From Vicugna vicugna (taxonomy: Eukaryota): DNA of 64,000 nt. The position numbers and the translations under genes are program-made. Shown in pieces: positions 35,255 through 47,764 of this stretch. The notes beneath the pieces are model-generated. The model saw only the letters and a program-made list of their open reading frames with translations. It did no database searches and had not been told where the DNA came from. The stretch spans positions 5,285,779-5,349,778 of the forward strand of contig MU058198.1 of the NCBI GenBank assembly GCA_013265495.1. The letters are read 5' to 3'. The first letter of the stretch is position 1, and every line of letters starts with the position of its first letter.

Positions 35255-37960
35255 GGGATGATCCTAACAATATCGTGTCTTTTGATCCATGAACATTGTG
35301 TATCTCACTATTTATTTGTGATCTTAATTTCTCTCAGGGAAGTTGTGCAGTTTTCAGAGTACAAGACTTGCATTTATTTTGTTAAACTTACTCCTAGCTA
35401 TTTTATTCTTTTTGAGGCTATTGTGAATGGACTGTTTTTCTCATTCCATTTTGAGATGGTTCTTTGCTGATATAGAGAAATTACAATAGGTTTTTAATAT
35501 ATTTGTCTTGCATACTGTGACCTTGCTAAACTTATTCATTAGCTCTAGAAGTGGTTTTGTGTGTGTGTAGGAGTGTGTGTGTGTGTATTCCTTAGGATTT
35601 CCTACAGAGGACTTTGACTCATCTNNNNNNNNNNNNNNNNNNNNNNNNNNNNNNNNNNNNNNNNNNNNNNNNNNNNNNNNNNNNNNNNNNNNNNNNNNNN
35701 NNNNNNNNNNNNNNNNNNNNNNNNNNNNNNNNNNNNNNNNNNNNNNNNNNNNNNNNNNNNNNNNNNNNNNNNNNNNNNNNNNNNNNNNNNNNNNNNNNNN
35801 NNNNNNNNNNNNNNNNNNNNNNNNNNNNNNNNNNNNNNNNNNNNNNNNNNNNNNNNNNNNNNNNNNNNNNNNNNNNNNNNNNNNNNNNNNNNNNNNNNNN
35901 NNNNNNNNNNNNNNNNNNNNNNNNNNNNNNNNNNNNNNNNNNNNNNNNNNNNNNNNNNNNNNNNNNNNNNNNNNNNNNNNNNNNNNNNNNNNNNNNTTTT
36001 TTTTTTGCATTGATAGAGTGATCATATATGTATAAATTATTTTTAGCTTGTTAATATGGTGAGTTACAATTGATTGCTCCTTGAAAGTTAAACAAAATTT
36101 ACATTCCTGAGATAAGCACCCCAGGAATACATATCGATCATTAAATAATTACATCATCCTTATCAAATATTGTTGGATTCAACTCAGTAATACTAATTTT
36201 GTTTGCAATGTTTGTGTCTGTCTTTATGAGGGAAATTGATCTGTAGTTACCTTCTTTTGCAGTATTTTTGGTTTTGGTATCAGAATAATGTTTTCCTCAT
36301 AGAGTGAGGTGGGAAGTATTCCCTCGTCTTCAATTCTCTGGAAATGTTTGTATAGATTTGATCATATTTCTTCTTCTTTAAATGTGTGGTAAAATTTACC
36401 CAAAAAATTATCTGTGCCTGGAGGTTTCTCTGTGAGATGATTTTTGACTAAACACTTGATGTCTTTAAAAGACATATGGCTGATTCATCTTAACCATTTT
36501 TCGTCAATGTGATTTGGTAGTTTGTACCTTTCAAGCAATTTGTCCATTTCATTTAAGTTGTCAAACTTATTGGCACAAAGTTGTTCATCATATCCCATTA
36601 ATATCCTTTTAATACTTATAGAATCTCTGATGATGGTTTCTCTCTCATTCTTGATATTGATTATTTGTGTTCTCAATTTTTTCCCTACCTAGAAGTAAGC
36701 CAGTTGTATGAGTCTTCTCAAAGAATCAGTTTTTTTGTTTTACTATTTATTCTATTATTTTTCTGATTTCTACTGCACTGTTTCCTGCTCTGTTCTTTAT
36801 TATGTCCTTCCTTCTTTGCATTTAGTGGCTCTTCCTTTCTTGTTCTTCCAAGTGGAAGCTTAAGTCATTGATTTGAGATCTTTCTTTCTTTCCTAATATG
36901 AGTGATTAGTAGTATAAACTTCCCCTCCTGCTTTAGTGGCATCTCAAAAATGTTTATATATTTAATTTTCATTTCTTTTATTTCACAATACTTTGTTATT
37001 TTCCTTTTAACTTTATCTTTGACACACTTTGAGATATTTAAAGTATGCTATTTAGTTTTCAAATATTTGAAGGTTGTCCTGAGGTCTTTTAGTTGTAAAT
37101 TTTTAATTTAATTCTTCCTGTGATTTGAGTCTTTTTAAATTTATTGAGATTTGTTTTATGAACTAAAATATGGTGTGTTGTGGTAAATATTACATGTGCT
37201 CTTACAAAATGTATGCTCTGCTGTTGTTGGATGGAATGTTGTATAAAGGCTAATTAGAGCAAGTTTGTTGATAGTATTCAAATCTTCTCTATTCTTCCTA
37301 ATTTCATCTTTAATTGTTCTATCAATTATTGACAGAAGGGTATTAAAATCTCTAATTATGATTTTTGCTTTGCCCATTTCTATTTCCAGTTCTACTGCCT
37401 TTTGCTTTATGTGTTTTGAATTTCTGTGATTAGGTTTATAAAGGATTGTTAACATCCTTTTTATCAACTGACTTCTTTATCGTTAGGAAATGAATTTCTT
37501 TATCCCTGGTAATATTTTTTGCCTTGAAATCTAGTTTGTTTGTTTTTTTTTTACCACTCCAGTTCTCTTTGGATTAATGTTCACATGGGATATCTTTTTC
37601 CATCCGTTTACTTTAACCTATTGTGTTTTTACATTTGAAATGTTCTTCTTGTAGTCAGAGTGTATTTGAGTCTTGACTTTGAAGTCTAATCTGGCAACCG
37701 TTGCCTTATAAATTGGGGATTTACACCACTAACATTCAGTATGATTACTGATATGGTTATGCTTAAATTTATCATCTTGTTATTTTTTTCTGTTTACTCC
37801 ATTTATTCTTTGTTCCCTTTTACCTCTTCCTGCCTTGTTTTTGACTAATTGAATTTCTCATGATTTCGTCTTATCTCCTTTGTTGGCTTATTATCTGTAA
37901 CTATTTGTTATTTTATTAGCTGGTTTGATGCTACCCCTGTCTGCCTTCAAATGACGTTAT
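35255..37960 (-). mobile_element. Old LINE-1 (L1M) with decayed ORF2 (endonuclease to reverse-transcriptase region)
   Basis: ORF 37156-37467(-) KIIIRDFNTLLSIIDRT...YTTFHPTTAEHTF is the ORF2p APE endonuclease; ORF 36485-36676(-) IKNERETI...EQLCANKFDNLNEMDKLLERYKLP is the ORF2p linker; many stops and frameshifts. Confidence 0.92.
35625..35996. other. Assembly gap (372 N) inside the L1
   Basis: Run of n. Confidence 1.
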
Positions 37961-38414
37961 ACTGTGAATGGCATGGTTTGATTTTAACATGTTACTTTCT
38001 CTGTCTCCAAAGCTTATTTTTAATTTTTACCTTTTAGGGCCTGTTATTAAGTTATGTAGTAGCTTTCTGTACAAAGTTCTATAGAAGAAAGTAGAGAAGG
38101 ACAGAGACCTCATGTTGTAGATGTGGGTTTGAGATACAGAAGTGGCCTCAATGTTGGAGAAGTTACCCTGGTCTAAATGGAAATACATGATATGTTTTGG
38201 AGTTCAGCTCTTTAAATTTTATTACCATCTAAAAAATATATCTTTTTTGACCAGTTATTTATTGCCCCTTAAATTATTATATTATACCAATAGTAAGTAT
38301 TTTCTGGAGCAGATTAAAGAACAGAAGAGCTAATGGGAAAACAAAAACATTCTGATGACTCTTGTCAATGCATTTATGTATAACCTTCCAGAATTTCCCC
38401 TGCAAAGACAGACC

Positions 38415-38497
38415 TATTTATTTATTGACCTATAGTTGGTTTACAGTGTTGTGTTAGTTTCTGGTGTACAGCATAGTGATTCAGTTAAACACATACA
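38415..38497 (-). mobile_element. Very short L1 3' terminus
   Basis: tttattgacctatagttggtttacagtgttgtgttagtttctggtgtacagcatagtgattcagtt. Confidence 0.8.
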
Positions 38498-40184
38498 AGA
38501 GGGCACCTCTCTCCCAGTCACTCCAGCCAGAGTTCTGGGATAGTCTGTGGTTGGTGTGCAAGGACATTCCAGAACTGATCACTGTGTCAAGGGAGATTTT
38601 TCTGATTGACTAGGTGTGGGTCACATGACTAATCCCAGACCAAAGATGGACCGCCTTAGTAGAGGACCACTCTCAGCAGGCATGGAGGATGTTCATCAGG
38701 TAAGCACATCTCCGGCCTGGTGGGAGTTTGTAGACCCATGCTGTTTTTAGAGTCCCAGTCTCCCTTGGTCCTACCAATGGGCAGTGAGCACTGGCTTTCC
38801 TGCTCTGCTCTTCGACTTCCCAGAGAAACCCAAGCCTTTCTTTGAGTCCCAGAACACTGGCTGAGAGCACGAGAGCATGTTTATCTGTTGCTCGCTGCGA
38901 ATTCCCAGACTTCTATCTTTCCCCAAGACACTGTCTCTATGGGAGAGAGGCAGCCTGGAATCTAGACACCAACCCCACACAGTGCTGGCTGCCACCACTT
39001 TGGAGTGGAACGTAGAGGCAGACCCCAATCTTATTTGGAGATGATACTCATAAACGTCCCCCAGAGAACGGGGACTTTCCTTTTCTGGTTGGAGCAACAC
39101 AGCACAATCTAAGCTGTGCCGAATCTGGAGTGGAACCACACACATCTTATTTGGGACTGTTCTTCTCAACCGGAAAACCAATATTAGTTCAAGGCCCCTT
39201 TCAGATCTCACCGGCTGTCTGAGCCATGGCCAGCTCCTCTAGAAACAATTGTTTCATTTTACCTTGCTCTCCTAATGCACGGATCATGTCTAATATAGCA
39301 CTTGAGTTCTTTTAGGTCAATCTTTCTTATTCATTCTGGTATCATCATTTCGTGGGTGGTAGATAGGAACTTAATAAACGTGTGATGGAGGAACAAATGA
39401 ATTGTTTATGCAGATGGAGCTGGAAGCAACATTAGGCATTTATAAAAATCCAAACCATTGATTATACAGCCAAAGAAACTGTCAGCCAGCAAGGGCAAAC
39501 AGCTTGCACAAAAACACACAGAACATTCATGGCTATTTGAAAATTGACATGTCTTAATTTTCAACCTAAAGCTCTTCGTCATACACTCTGTCCCATGGGG
39601 GACACTCCGTCTTAGCATTTTACAGGCACTATTTCATTCACTCTTCCTGGTAAATCTTGCTGTTCCTATTTTAATGAGAAGGAAGAAGAGGGTCAGAAAA
39701 ATGATCACTAAAGTGTTTCCCAGCTTGGTGAATGCTTCGGGAACTGATTGTCCAGCTCTGTCTTTGATGCTCTTCCTGATTACTAGAGAAACTGAAAAGC
39801 GTCTGGAACCCAGCCTGCCCGGTAGAACGTGCTTTCTTTTCTGTCTCACTCGTCTCTCGCCAGGCGGGAGATCCAGTAACCCAAAATAGAAACGCTGTAA
39901 GTACAAACCAGTGTGGTGATGCCCATGGCCTGGAAGCGTACTTCCAACTGCCTAAGAGAGCTTTGGAGGTTCAGGAAACTGATTCTGTCCCGGTTGCAGA
40001 AACAGACCCTGACATAGAGTTTCCTACAACTCCCAACCTAGGTCTATTAGAGAGCGGGAAGAAATAAGGGTACATACTCCCCCCAAAAGAGATGATTTAT
40101 GCTGAAATATTTCATGAAATGTCTTTCCTTTCTTCCCTGGAAACCAAGTAGCTAAGGCAGGATATATTCATTCTTGATCATAAT

Positions 40185-40420
40185 ATGAACATCTTACATG
40201 TTACCTGCCATATGTGCGTTATACATATTCTCACTTGATCCTCACCACAACCTCACAAGGAAAGTACTATAATTATGCCCACTTTATTGGTGAGAAAAAA
40301 AAATGAGTCATACTACGTTAAGCAACTTGCCTGAGGTCACCCGTTTAGAAACTGGAAGAAAAGAACAGAACGGAACTCGGGCAGTCTCCCTGCAGATTCC
40401 ACATACGCAGCCGCTGAACA
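40185..40420 (-). mobile_element. MIR SINE
   Basis: tcctcaccacaacctcacaagg...ttaagcaacttgcctgaggtcac. Confidence 0.8.
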
Positions 40421-40671
40421 GAAGGGTGTCGTGATACGATCAGAATATTTGAGCTCACATCTTGTTTTAAGATCCCTCTGTGTGTCTGTGCAAACCTTGG
40501 TTTCCTCATCTGTAAAATGGAGCTAAAAATGCCTCAGTAATAATATCGTATGATTACCAACATTATGTACATGGGTATGTGTAGTGAAATGTAAGTTTTA
40601 CAGAGGCAGCATAGAAAGCTTTGGAATGAAGACATGGTTTCATATCTAATCTCCTCAATATACTAACTCTC

Positions 40672-41470
40672 AATAGAAGTACAATTAATTCACAATGCTG
40701 TGTTAGTTTCAGGTGTACAGCAAAGCGACTCAGTTATACCTGTATCTACATCTGTCTATTCTTTTTCAGATTCTTTTTTTTTTACATTTTTTATTGATTC
40801 ATAATCATTTTACAGTGTTGTGTCAAATTCCAGTGTTCAGCACAATTTTTCAGTCATTCATGGACATATACACACTCATTGTCACATTTTTTTCTCTGCT
40901 CTGTATCATAACATTTTGTGTATATTTCCCTGTGCTATACAGTGTAATCTTGTTTATCTATTCTACAATTTTGAAATCCCAGTCTATCCCTTCCCACCCT
41001 CTACCCCCACCCCGTAACCACAAGTCTGTATTCTCTGTCCATGAGTCTATTTCTGTCCTGTATTTATGCTTTGTTTTTGTTTGTTTGTTTGTTTTTGTTT
41101 TTTAGATTCCACATATCAGCGATCTCATATGGTATTTTTCTTTCACTTTCTGGCTTACTTCACTTAGAATGACATTCTCTAGGAGCATCCATGTTGCTGC
41201 AAATGGCATTATGTTGTCGGTTTTTATGGCTGAGTAGTATTCCATTGTATAAATATACCACATCTTCTTTATCCAGTCACCTGTTGATGGACATTTAGGT
41301 TGTTTCCATGTTTTGGCTATTGTAAACAGTTTTTCAGATTCTTTTTCATTATAGATTATTACAAAATATTGAATATCGTTCCTTGTGCTATACAGTAGGT
41401 CCTTGTGGTTTATCTATTTTATATACAGTAATGTGTATATGTTAATCCCACACTCCTGATTTATCTCTGA
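40672..41470 (-). mobile_element. Older L1 3' end (artiodactyl/L1MA-type), split by a younger L1
   Basis: Left part 40672-40778 (acaatgctgtgttagtttcaggtgtacagcaaagcgactcag) joins right part 41330-41470 (ttcattatagattattacaaaatattgaatat...). Confidence 0.85.
40779..41329 (-). mobile_element. Young 5'-truncated L1 nested in the older L1 tail
   Basis: 17-bp TSD tttttcagattcttttt at 40762-40778 and 41330-41346; near-identical to the copy at 47853-48266. Confidence 0.93.
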
Positions 41471-42069
41471 CACTTCCAGTATCAGTTTTCCTATTTTCTC
41501 AAAGAATTTAGGAACCAGGATAATGATCCAGGTTCTCAGTCCAGACAGACGGTTTTCTCCACAGGACTCCCCTACTGTACCCCAACCTGTGGCCCCAGGG
41601 CTCCCTTGTCTGTAGTGTTCTCCTCCCACGACTTTTTTTGCTGTCTTTTTTAAAAAATAACTCCCATCTGTTCGTCTGCCTCCTGCTTATCCTTCTGTTT
41701 CCACGTTGTGAGCTTCCCTGGTGTCTGTCCCCAGCACTAAGTTTTGGAGAGTTACTTCTTAGACCCATTTCTCCTGCTGTGCTGCCCCTCTGCCCAATTC
41801 TTAGTCCTCCAGAGCACATGCTTCTCTTTCGTTGGCTCAACAAATGACCCATCAAAAATTTTTAGCTGCATTTCTGGCTTCACTATCCTGAAACTGTTTA
41901 CATTGTCATAGGTCCCTGGACATAACTTTTTGGCATCCTGATGACGGCTGGCTAACTAGAGATCTTGGCTTATACAAACTGTAAAGAGCGATGTCCCATT
42001 GTACTGGTCTAGGCTAGGGGGGGAAGTTAAACCAAGCCACTTTAAGTAACACTAGATGGTTAAATCAAA

Positions 42070-42262
42070 ACTACAATAAAGTCGGTATTTACTCACTGAA
42101 CATGGATTATGAGTTCTGTGTTGTGCTAAGCACTTCTACGGTCTTCCATTTGTTCCTCACAACAGTTTATTAGGTATCATCATTCCTTCCATTCTAAAGA
42201 TGAGAAAACTGAAGAACAGAGGAGTCAAGAAGTTTGCTCAAGGTCACACAGCTAATCATAGA
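42070..42262 (-). mobile_element. MIR SINE
   Basis: ccattctaaagatgagaaaactgaagaacagagg...gctcaaggtcacacagcta. Confidence 0.85.
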
Positions 42263-42276
42263 TATAGTGTTTATCT

Positions 42277-42548
42277 GTGGGGTTCACCCTAATATGCCTG
42301 GCTTTCCACTTTTCTAGATACAAGGAATTATTGGGCTTCCCAGTGAATTATGTTCACCTTTTCCACATTTTCAGATGGTTCTAGCTTCATCAGCCTGTCA
42401 TATCTATGACATAGCATAGAGCCTTCTACTGATGCTCGATGACTATATAAGGGAATAAAGAAATAAAACTATTGTTTTAAGCCTTAAAAACTTGTGGGGT
42501 TTTTTAAAAAAATTCTTGACTTATGACCCAAACAATTTAACTGATATA
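42277..42548 (+). mobile_element. MLT1 LTR (degraded)
   Basis: gatggttctagcttcatcagcctg...aagaaataaaactattgttttaagcc...aactgatata. Confidence 0.6.
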
Positions 42549-43904
42549 TTAGTAATTAAAAACTCTGATAATGTGGTTTCAAAGCCAGACACTTAGCACT
42601 TCTATCTTTCTCTGTAAGGCTATATGAGGAAGTAGGAAGCCCCAGATGACTGGGCAGCACATGGAAGTTTTCGGGATACAGCATGTCTGTAATACCCAGG
42701 GCATCTGTTCAATCTCTCAGCAGCAATATCTCAGTTGTTGGGAGCACAGACCTGAACGCTGGCCTCACTGCTCTCTACGCCACTGTTCCATCATTTGGGT
42801 CACAGAACAACTGTGTCTCCAGCTTTCCTGACCCTCTGCTCCCATAGCTACCCTATGGACTCGCTTTCCCACAGCACCTGGAGTCCTGGGGCATCTGCTT
42901 GCTCAAGTCTATTCATGGCTTTTCCTCTCTACCCTCTTTGCTTTTGCTTCTGCTTCAGCTTCAGATGGTGGCCTCTATAAACTTCTCACTCTCTTTCTCT
43001 CTTGCGTGTGAAGCTCGCTAAAATTTGAATGTCTGCTTGGTTTGGAAAATTCTGAGCCATTTTGTAGGCTGCTTACCACAGATTCGTAGAGCAAGAGGAC
43101 AAGTGCTTACCCAGCTGCAATCATTCACTAAGAAGACTGGGTCACCTGCAAACAGACCTGGAGAAGTCAAGCAGTTGTGTGCTACACCTTAAATTTATAC
43201 ATGGCTGGATGTCAGTTACATACCAATAAAACTGGGGGAAAATAAGAACAATGAGGAAAAGAGTCCTACAAAGAAAGTTTGTGGGAGGTGTCAGAAATAC
43301 TGAGCCTTTCCACAGTGGGGCAATACAACCAGCAGGCATTTGGCTAGGCTTGTTCAGAACATTGACCCGACAGCCACAAATGGCCTTCTCTTCCTTCCTT
43401 AGCGCCTCTTTCCCTGGCCCCCAACTTCCGTGCACAGTCAATGGACTGTTACCCTGCAGGCTGGGTCCTCCCCCACCAGGAATTTGATTGTTCTGAAAAC
43501 AAGGCTTGGTCTACAGAGAATGCTGGTAACTATAAGTCTGTTTTCTATGTCTGTGTGTCTAAAACATTTTATATTTTAAAAACAACTTTTATAAGCCCAC
43601 TCGCACTAAAGTTGTTTAACTTCCCTAGCCTTCCATTTGCAAAACATGGATAATGAACTAACCACAGAGGTTCTGCGAGGATTGACTATTATAATAAAGT
43701 GCTGGGCACAGAGCCCAAATAGTGGCTATCTCTAATAGGCACCCCAGTGTTATTTATTAATGTGAATTATTATTTATGGCTTTCTTTTCTAGTTTCATAA
43801 CACACATCTCCAGGAAGGCAGAATGCTCCTTCTAGCTGTCAAGCTAGTTACTTAACCTCTCTGTGCGATAGTTTTCTCACCAAATCCTTCATTTGGCCAC
43901 AAGT

Positions 43905-44330
43905 TCACCACATATTCATTGCCTGTTCAGTGCCAAGCCCAGTGTTGCAACCTGGGAAAATAAAAAACAAAATGACAAGTTACCCTGTTCATAGCACTTT
44001 TGTTTTAATTGGGGGAAATAGGTAGAAATCAAAATTCTGTATAAATTGTAAAGTTATTCCTAAGAGGAGTACTTGAAAGAGAGACACCTTGTTGTGTATG
44101 AGGGGAATTTGGCCTAAACAGGGAGTTCTGCTGGGGAAATTACACTGAGTTCTGAAAATTGAACTGAGTTCTGAAGTAAGAGTTAAGTAGAGAAAGGGAG
44201 GAAAGAAGCTCAATGAGAGTACTGTGGCGAGCAGGTGCAAAGGCCCTGGGGTAGCAGGAAACATCCTGATTAAGAAGGCCACTCTGGCTATAGAGCAAGA
44301 TTGAGCTAAGATGAAGCAGAATGATAGTCA
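43905..44330 (-). mobile_element. LINE-2 3' region
   Basis: gtgccaagcccagtgttgc...gaactgagttctgaagtaagag...gtgcaaaggccctggggtagcagg...aaggccactctggctatagagc. Confidence 0.8.
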
Positions 44331-45203
44331 GACACATTCAGACTTTCCTCCAGGAAGTGTTCCTGGATTGATGAAACGAAAATAAGAGGTGTCTTTGAGC
44401 CTGCCTTTGGACAGAGGCTAGGGTCTGGCCCTTTTGGGTCCACGTGCTACAGAAAAATACTCCTGTGCATTCATATATGATGGAAATCATGTTATTCTTG
44501 GACCTGTTCATAGGAGACACTTGCCAACATCTCTGTTGAGCAATGCTTCTCCCCTAGTCATGTGGGGTTTCATTTTCCCATTAGTGTGTGCATTTATTTT
44601 GATTTGTTCACAGTAAAAGCTCATGAATTTGGATTCTACCCATTCAAGAATTTGTGATACTAAAAGAGAAATTGAGTTGACATTCAGAAGCATGTAAGAA
44701 AGTTCTCAAGCCACTTTAGAAGTATTCAATTAGATGCAAACAATTACTAGGCTAATTATAAATCATTCCTACCTATTCATTAAAACAGGTCCAAGATGTT
44801 AGTTAAAAGTAATAAAGCTTCATCTCTTTGCAAACAGTCTATAACTCAGGATGTTGCTAATTCAAATTAGCCTCCCCCTCAATCAAGGAGATTACTGAAG
44901 TGTGTTGGCTTGTTCTTTTTAAAATTAAATGGAACATCTTTTTTTTCTGATTATATAAGTGCACCTTACAATGTAATAAACTTAGAAAATTTAAAACTAG
45001 GGTAAAAAAATCACCCATTACATCAGTGTATGATCATTGTAAGCACAACCATGTATTCCTTCCAATCTATTCCTATGTATAACCTGATAAAAAAAATGGG
45101 GGGATAGAAGTGTGGATGGATGAACAGGTGGGTAGTCAGACTGATGATAAATAGATCCACCAATAGATAGGTAGACTGATTTTCTAAAACACTAAGATCA
45201 TCA

Positions 45204-45547
45204 TGTGTCAGAGATTGTTCATTCTCACCAACTATCCTGTACTTCTCCACATCCTCTAAAGCTAGTTGGGCCATGAGACTGAGTCTTTTCAAAAGAATGG
45301 GGTGGAGATGATGCACTCTTTCTCCAGTCTTGCATCAAAACTCCCTGCACAACCAGCCTCATTTGTCTTATGGGAGAAACATCCTTGAGTCCCGGGTTTA
45401 CTACTCAAGGGAGAGTGTTACAGGAGAGCTGTGTGCTCTGCACCTGACTGGGGCAAAAGTAAGACGCAAACCTTTGCTGAATTAGGTAATTGAAATTCAA
45501 GAGTCTGTTTACCAGGACAGCATGCCCTCGCCTATCCTAACTACACA
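45204..45547 (+). mobile_element. MLT1 LTR
   Basis: tgtgtcagagattg...ctagttgggccatgagactgagtc...aaacctttgctgaatta...ctatcctaactacaca. Confidence 0.65.
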
Positions 45548-45559
45548 CTCTGCACACAC

Positions 45560-46030
45560 TGATTCATATTCCAGTGTTAGTCATTTTACATTTTATCATA
45601 TGCAATTTCCTATGTCAACACTTATCCCTTAAAATTGCCATTTTAATGGCTATGCAATATTCATCTATTCATTCACTATGTGGCGGCACCAGAATTTTCT
45701 TAAAATCATTTTTCCCTGTGTAGGTTTTTATTTTTTAAATGAGGATGCATTCCTAGAAGATAATTTCCAGAACTGTAACATTTAAAAAAAAAGTTTTTGA
45801 TATATTTCTATAGTGCCTTCCAGAAAGTTGGGCAAGTTTTACATGCCCCATAGTCTAAAGGAGCGCTACTCTGATGGCATTCTTAATAAAACTGGGTATG
45901 AATATTTAAATAATCTTTGTCAACCTGATAGGTGACCATGATACTTACTTTTAGTTAAATATTTATTACTAATGAGGCTACAGCATCGTATATTTGCCAT
46001 TTGCTTTTCGTTTCCTTTGCGAATCACTAT
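45560..46030 (-). mobile_element. Old L1ME fragment
   Basis: ttttaatggctatgcaatattcatc...ttcctagaag...gccttccagaaag...ctttgtcaacctgataggtga. Confidence 0.6.
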
Positions 46031-46039
46031 TTCTTCAGC

Positions 46040-46295
46040 CTGAAATTTTCTGTCTTCATGCCATCTTTACGTCATTAACTCCCACATACTCTTTAAGGCT
46101 CAGCTTAGAATCATTTCTTCCCAGAGACCATCCCTGACTCATCTAAACAAAATCGTCCCCTATGCCTTGTCCCAGTACCTGTACCTCCTGTATACCAACA
46201 TTAACGGCACTGTCTTTACGTATTTGTTTAAATATCTGTCTTCACTGGCAGACAAGGATCATTCCTGCTTTGTTCACCCTATAGCGATGCACTAA
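46040..46295 (+). mobile_element. LINE-2 3' region
   Basis: ctttaaggctcagcttagaatcatttcttcccagagaccatccctgac...ttgttcaccctatagc. Confidence 0.7.
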
Positions 46296-46314
46296 CAAAA
46301 CTGCAGGGGAGACA

Positions 46315-46605
46315 GAGTTTGTCCATCAGTGGCCTGGTACGAGCCCTGGAATCACACAGGCCTCACCGCCAGCTGTCCTGGGACCTGATCCCACCCACAA
46401 GTGGGTTCAGAGACACGACCCATCACCCCACCCAGCAGAAAGCTGGCACCAGCCCTGGAACATCCCCCCACCCCCAGGCCCTGCTGCCAGTCCTGCCAGG
46501 ACACAGCCCTGCCCACCAGCAGATGGCATCCTTTGCATGAGGCAGGACGTGGCAGCCAACTGATACAGGGACAGATTGGCCTATCAGCAAGTGTGATGAT
46601 AGACT
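46315..46605 (+). mobile_element. GC-rich repetitive segment resembling a laurasiatherian L1 5' UTR
   Basis: Repeated cccaccca(g)/cagccctg/ccagc motifs; abuts L1 ORF2 on the same strand. Confidence 0.45.
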
Positions 46606-47760
46606 GGGCTCGTGGATTGGAAGAATTAATATTGTTAAAATGACCATACTCCCTAAGGCAATCTACAGATTCAATGCAACCCTTATCAAAACACTAATGG
46701 CAGTTTTCACAGAACTAGGACAAATCTAAAATTTGTATAGAAACACAAAAGACCCCAAATAGCCAAAATAGTCTTGTGAAAGAAGAATAAAGCTGGGGGT
46801 AGCATGTTCCCTGATTTCAAAGTCGCTACAAAGCTATAGTAATCAAAACAATATGGTACTGCCACCAAAACACAGGCACATGCATCAGTGGAATAGAATA
46901 GAGAGCCCAAAATGAACCCACACTTATATGGCCAACCAATCTATGACAAAAGAGGCTAGAATTGACAATGGGTAAAAGACATCCTCGTCAATAAATGGTG
47001 GTTTGAAATTTGGATGGCTACGTGCAAAAGAATCAAACTGGAGTGCTTTCTCACACCACATACAAAAATAAGCTCACAATGGATTAAAGACTTAAATGTA
47101 AGACCTGAAACCATAAAACTCCTAGAAGAAAACTTAGACAGAATACTCTTTGACATAGATCACAGCAATATATTTTTGGACATGTCTCCTCAGGCAAGAG
47201 AAACAAAAGTAAAAATGAACAAATAGGGTTACATCAAACCAGAAAGCTTTTATATACATACACACAATGGAATATTACTCAACCATAAGAATGAATGAAA
47301 TCTTGCCATTTGGGACAACGTGGATGGACCTAGAGTGCATTGTGCTAAGTGAAATAAGTCAGACAGAGAGAGACAAATACCATATGATTTCACTTATATG
47401 TGTAATCTAGAAAAGAATCAAAAAAAATAATGAACAAACATAATAAAGCAGAAACAGACTGACAGGTACAGAGAACAAAAAAGTGAGTGCCATATGGTTA
47501 AGGAGTGAGATGTGAGTGAAATAGGTGAGGGAGATAAAGAAGTACAAACTTCTAGTTACAAAGTAAATGAGTCATGGGGATGGAATATAAAATACAGGGA
47601 ATATAGTTAATAATATTGTAACAACTTTGAATGGTAACAGATGGTAACTGGACTTACTTCAATGACCCTTTTTAATGTATAGAGATATTAAATCACTATG
47701 CTGTGTACCTGGAAGTAACATAATGTTGTAGGTCAGTTATATCTCAATAATAAAAAATAA
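46606..47760 (+). mobile_element. L1MA9-like LINE-1: ORF2 3' part (internally deleted) plus 3' UTR
   Basis: ggattggaagaattaatattgttaaaatgacc; ORF 47014-47226 ATCKRIKLECFLTPHTKISSQWIKDLNVRPETIKLLEEN is ORF2p; 3' UTR ataggtgagggagataaagaagtacaaacttc... Confidence 0.9.
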
Positions 47761-47764
47761 CATT

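Noticed and set aside
35441..36035. Longest ORFs (135-194 aa)
   Set aside because: Artefacts of reading through the 372-N gap
33285..38705. Isolated strong donor sites CAG/GTAAG (33287 and 38699)
   Set aside because: No matching exon with coding potential; isolated consensus donors are common in mammalian DNA
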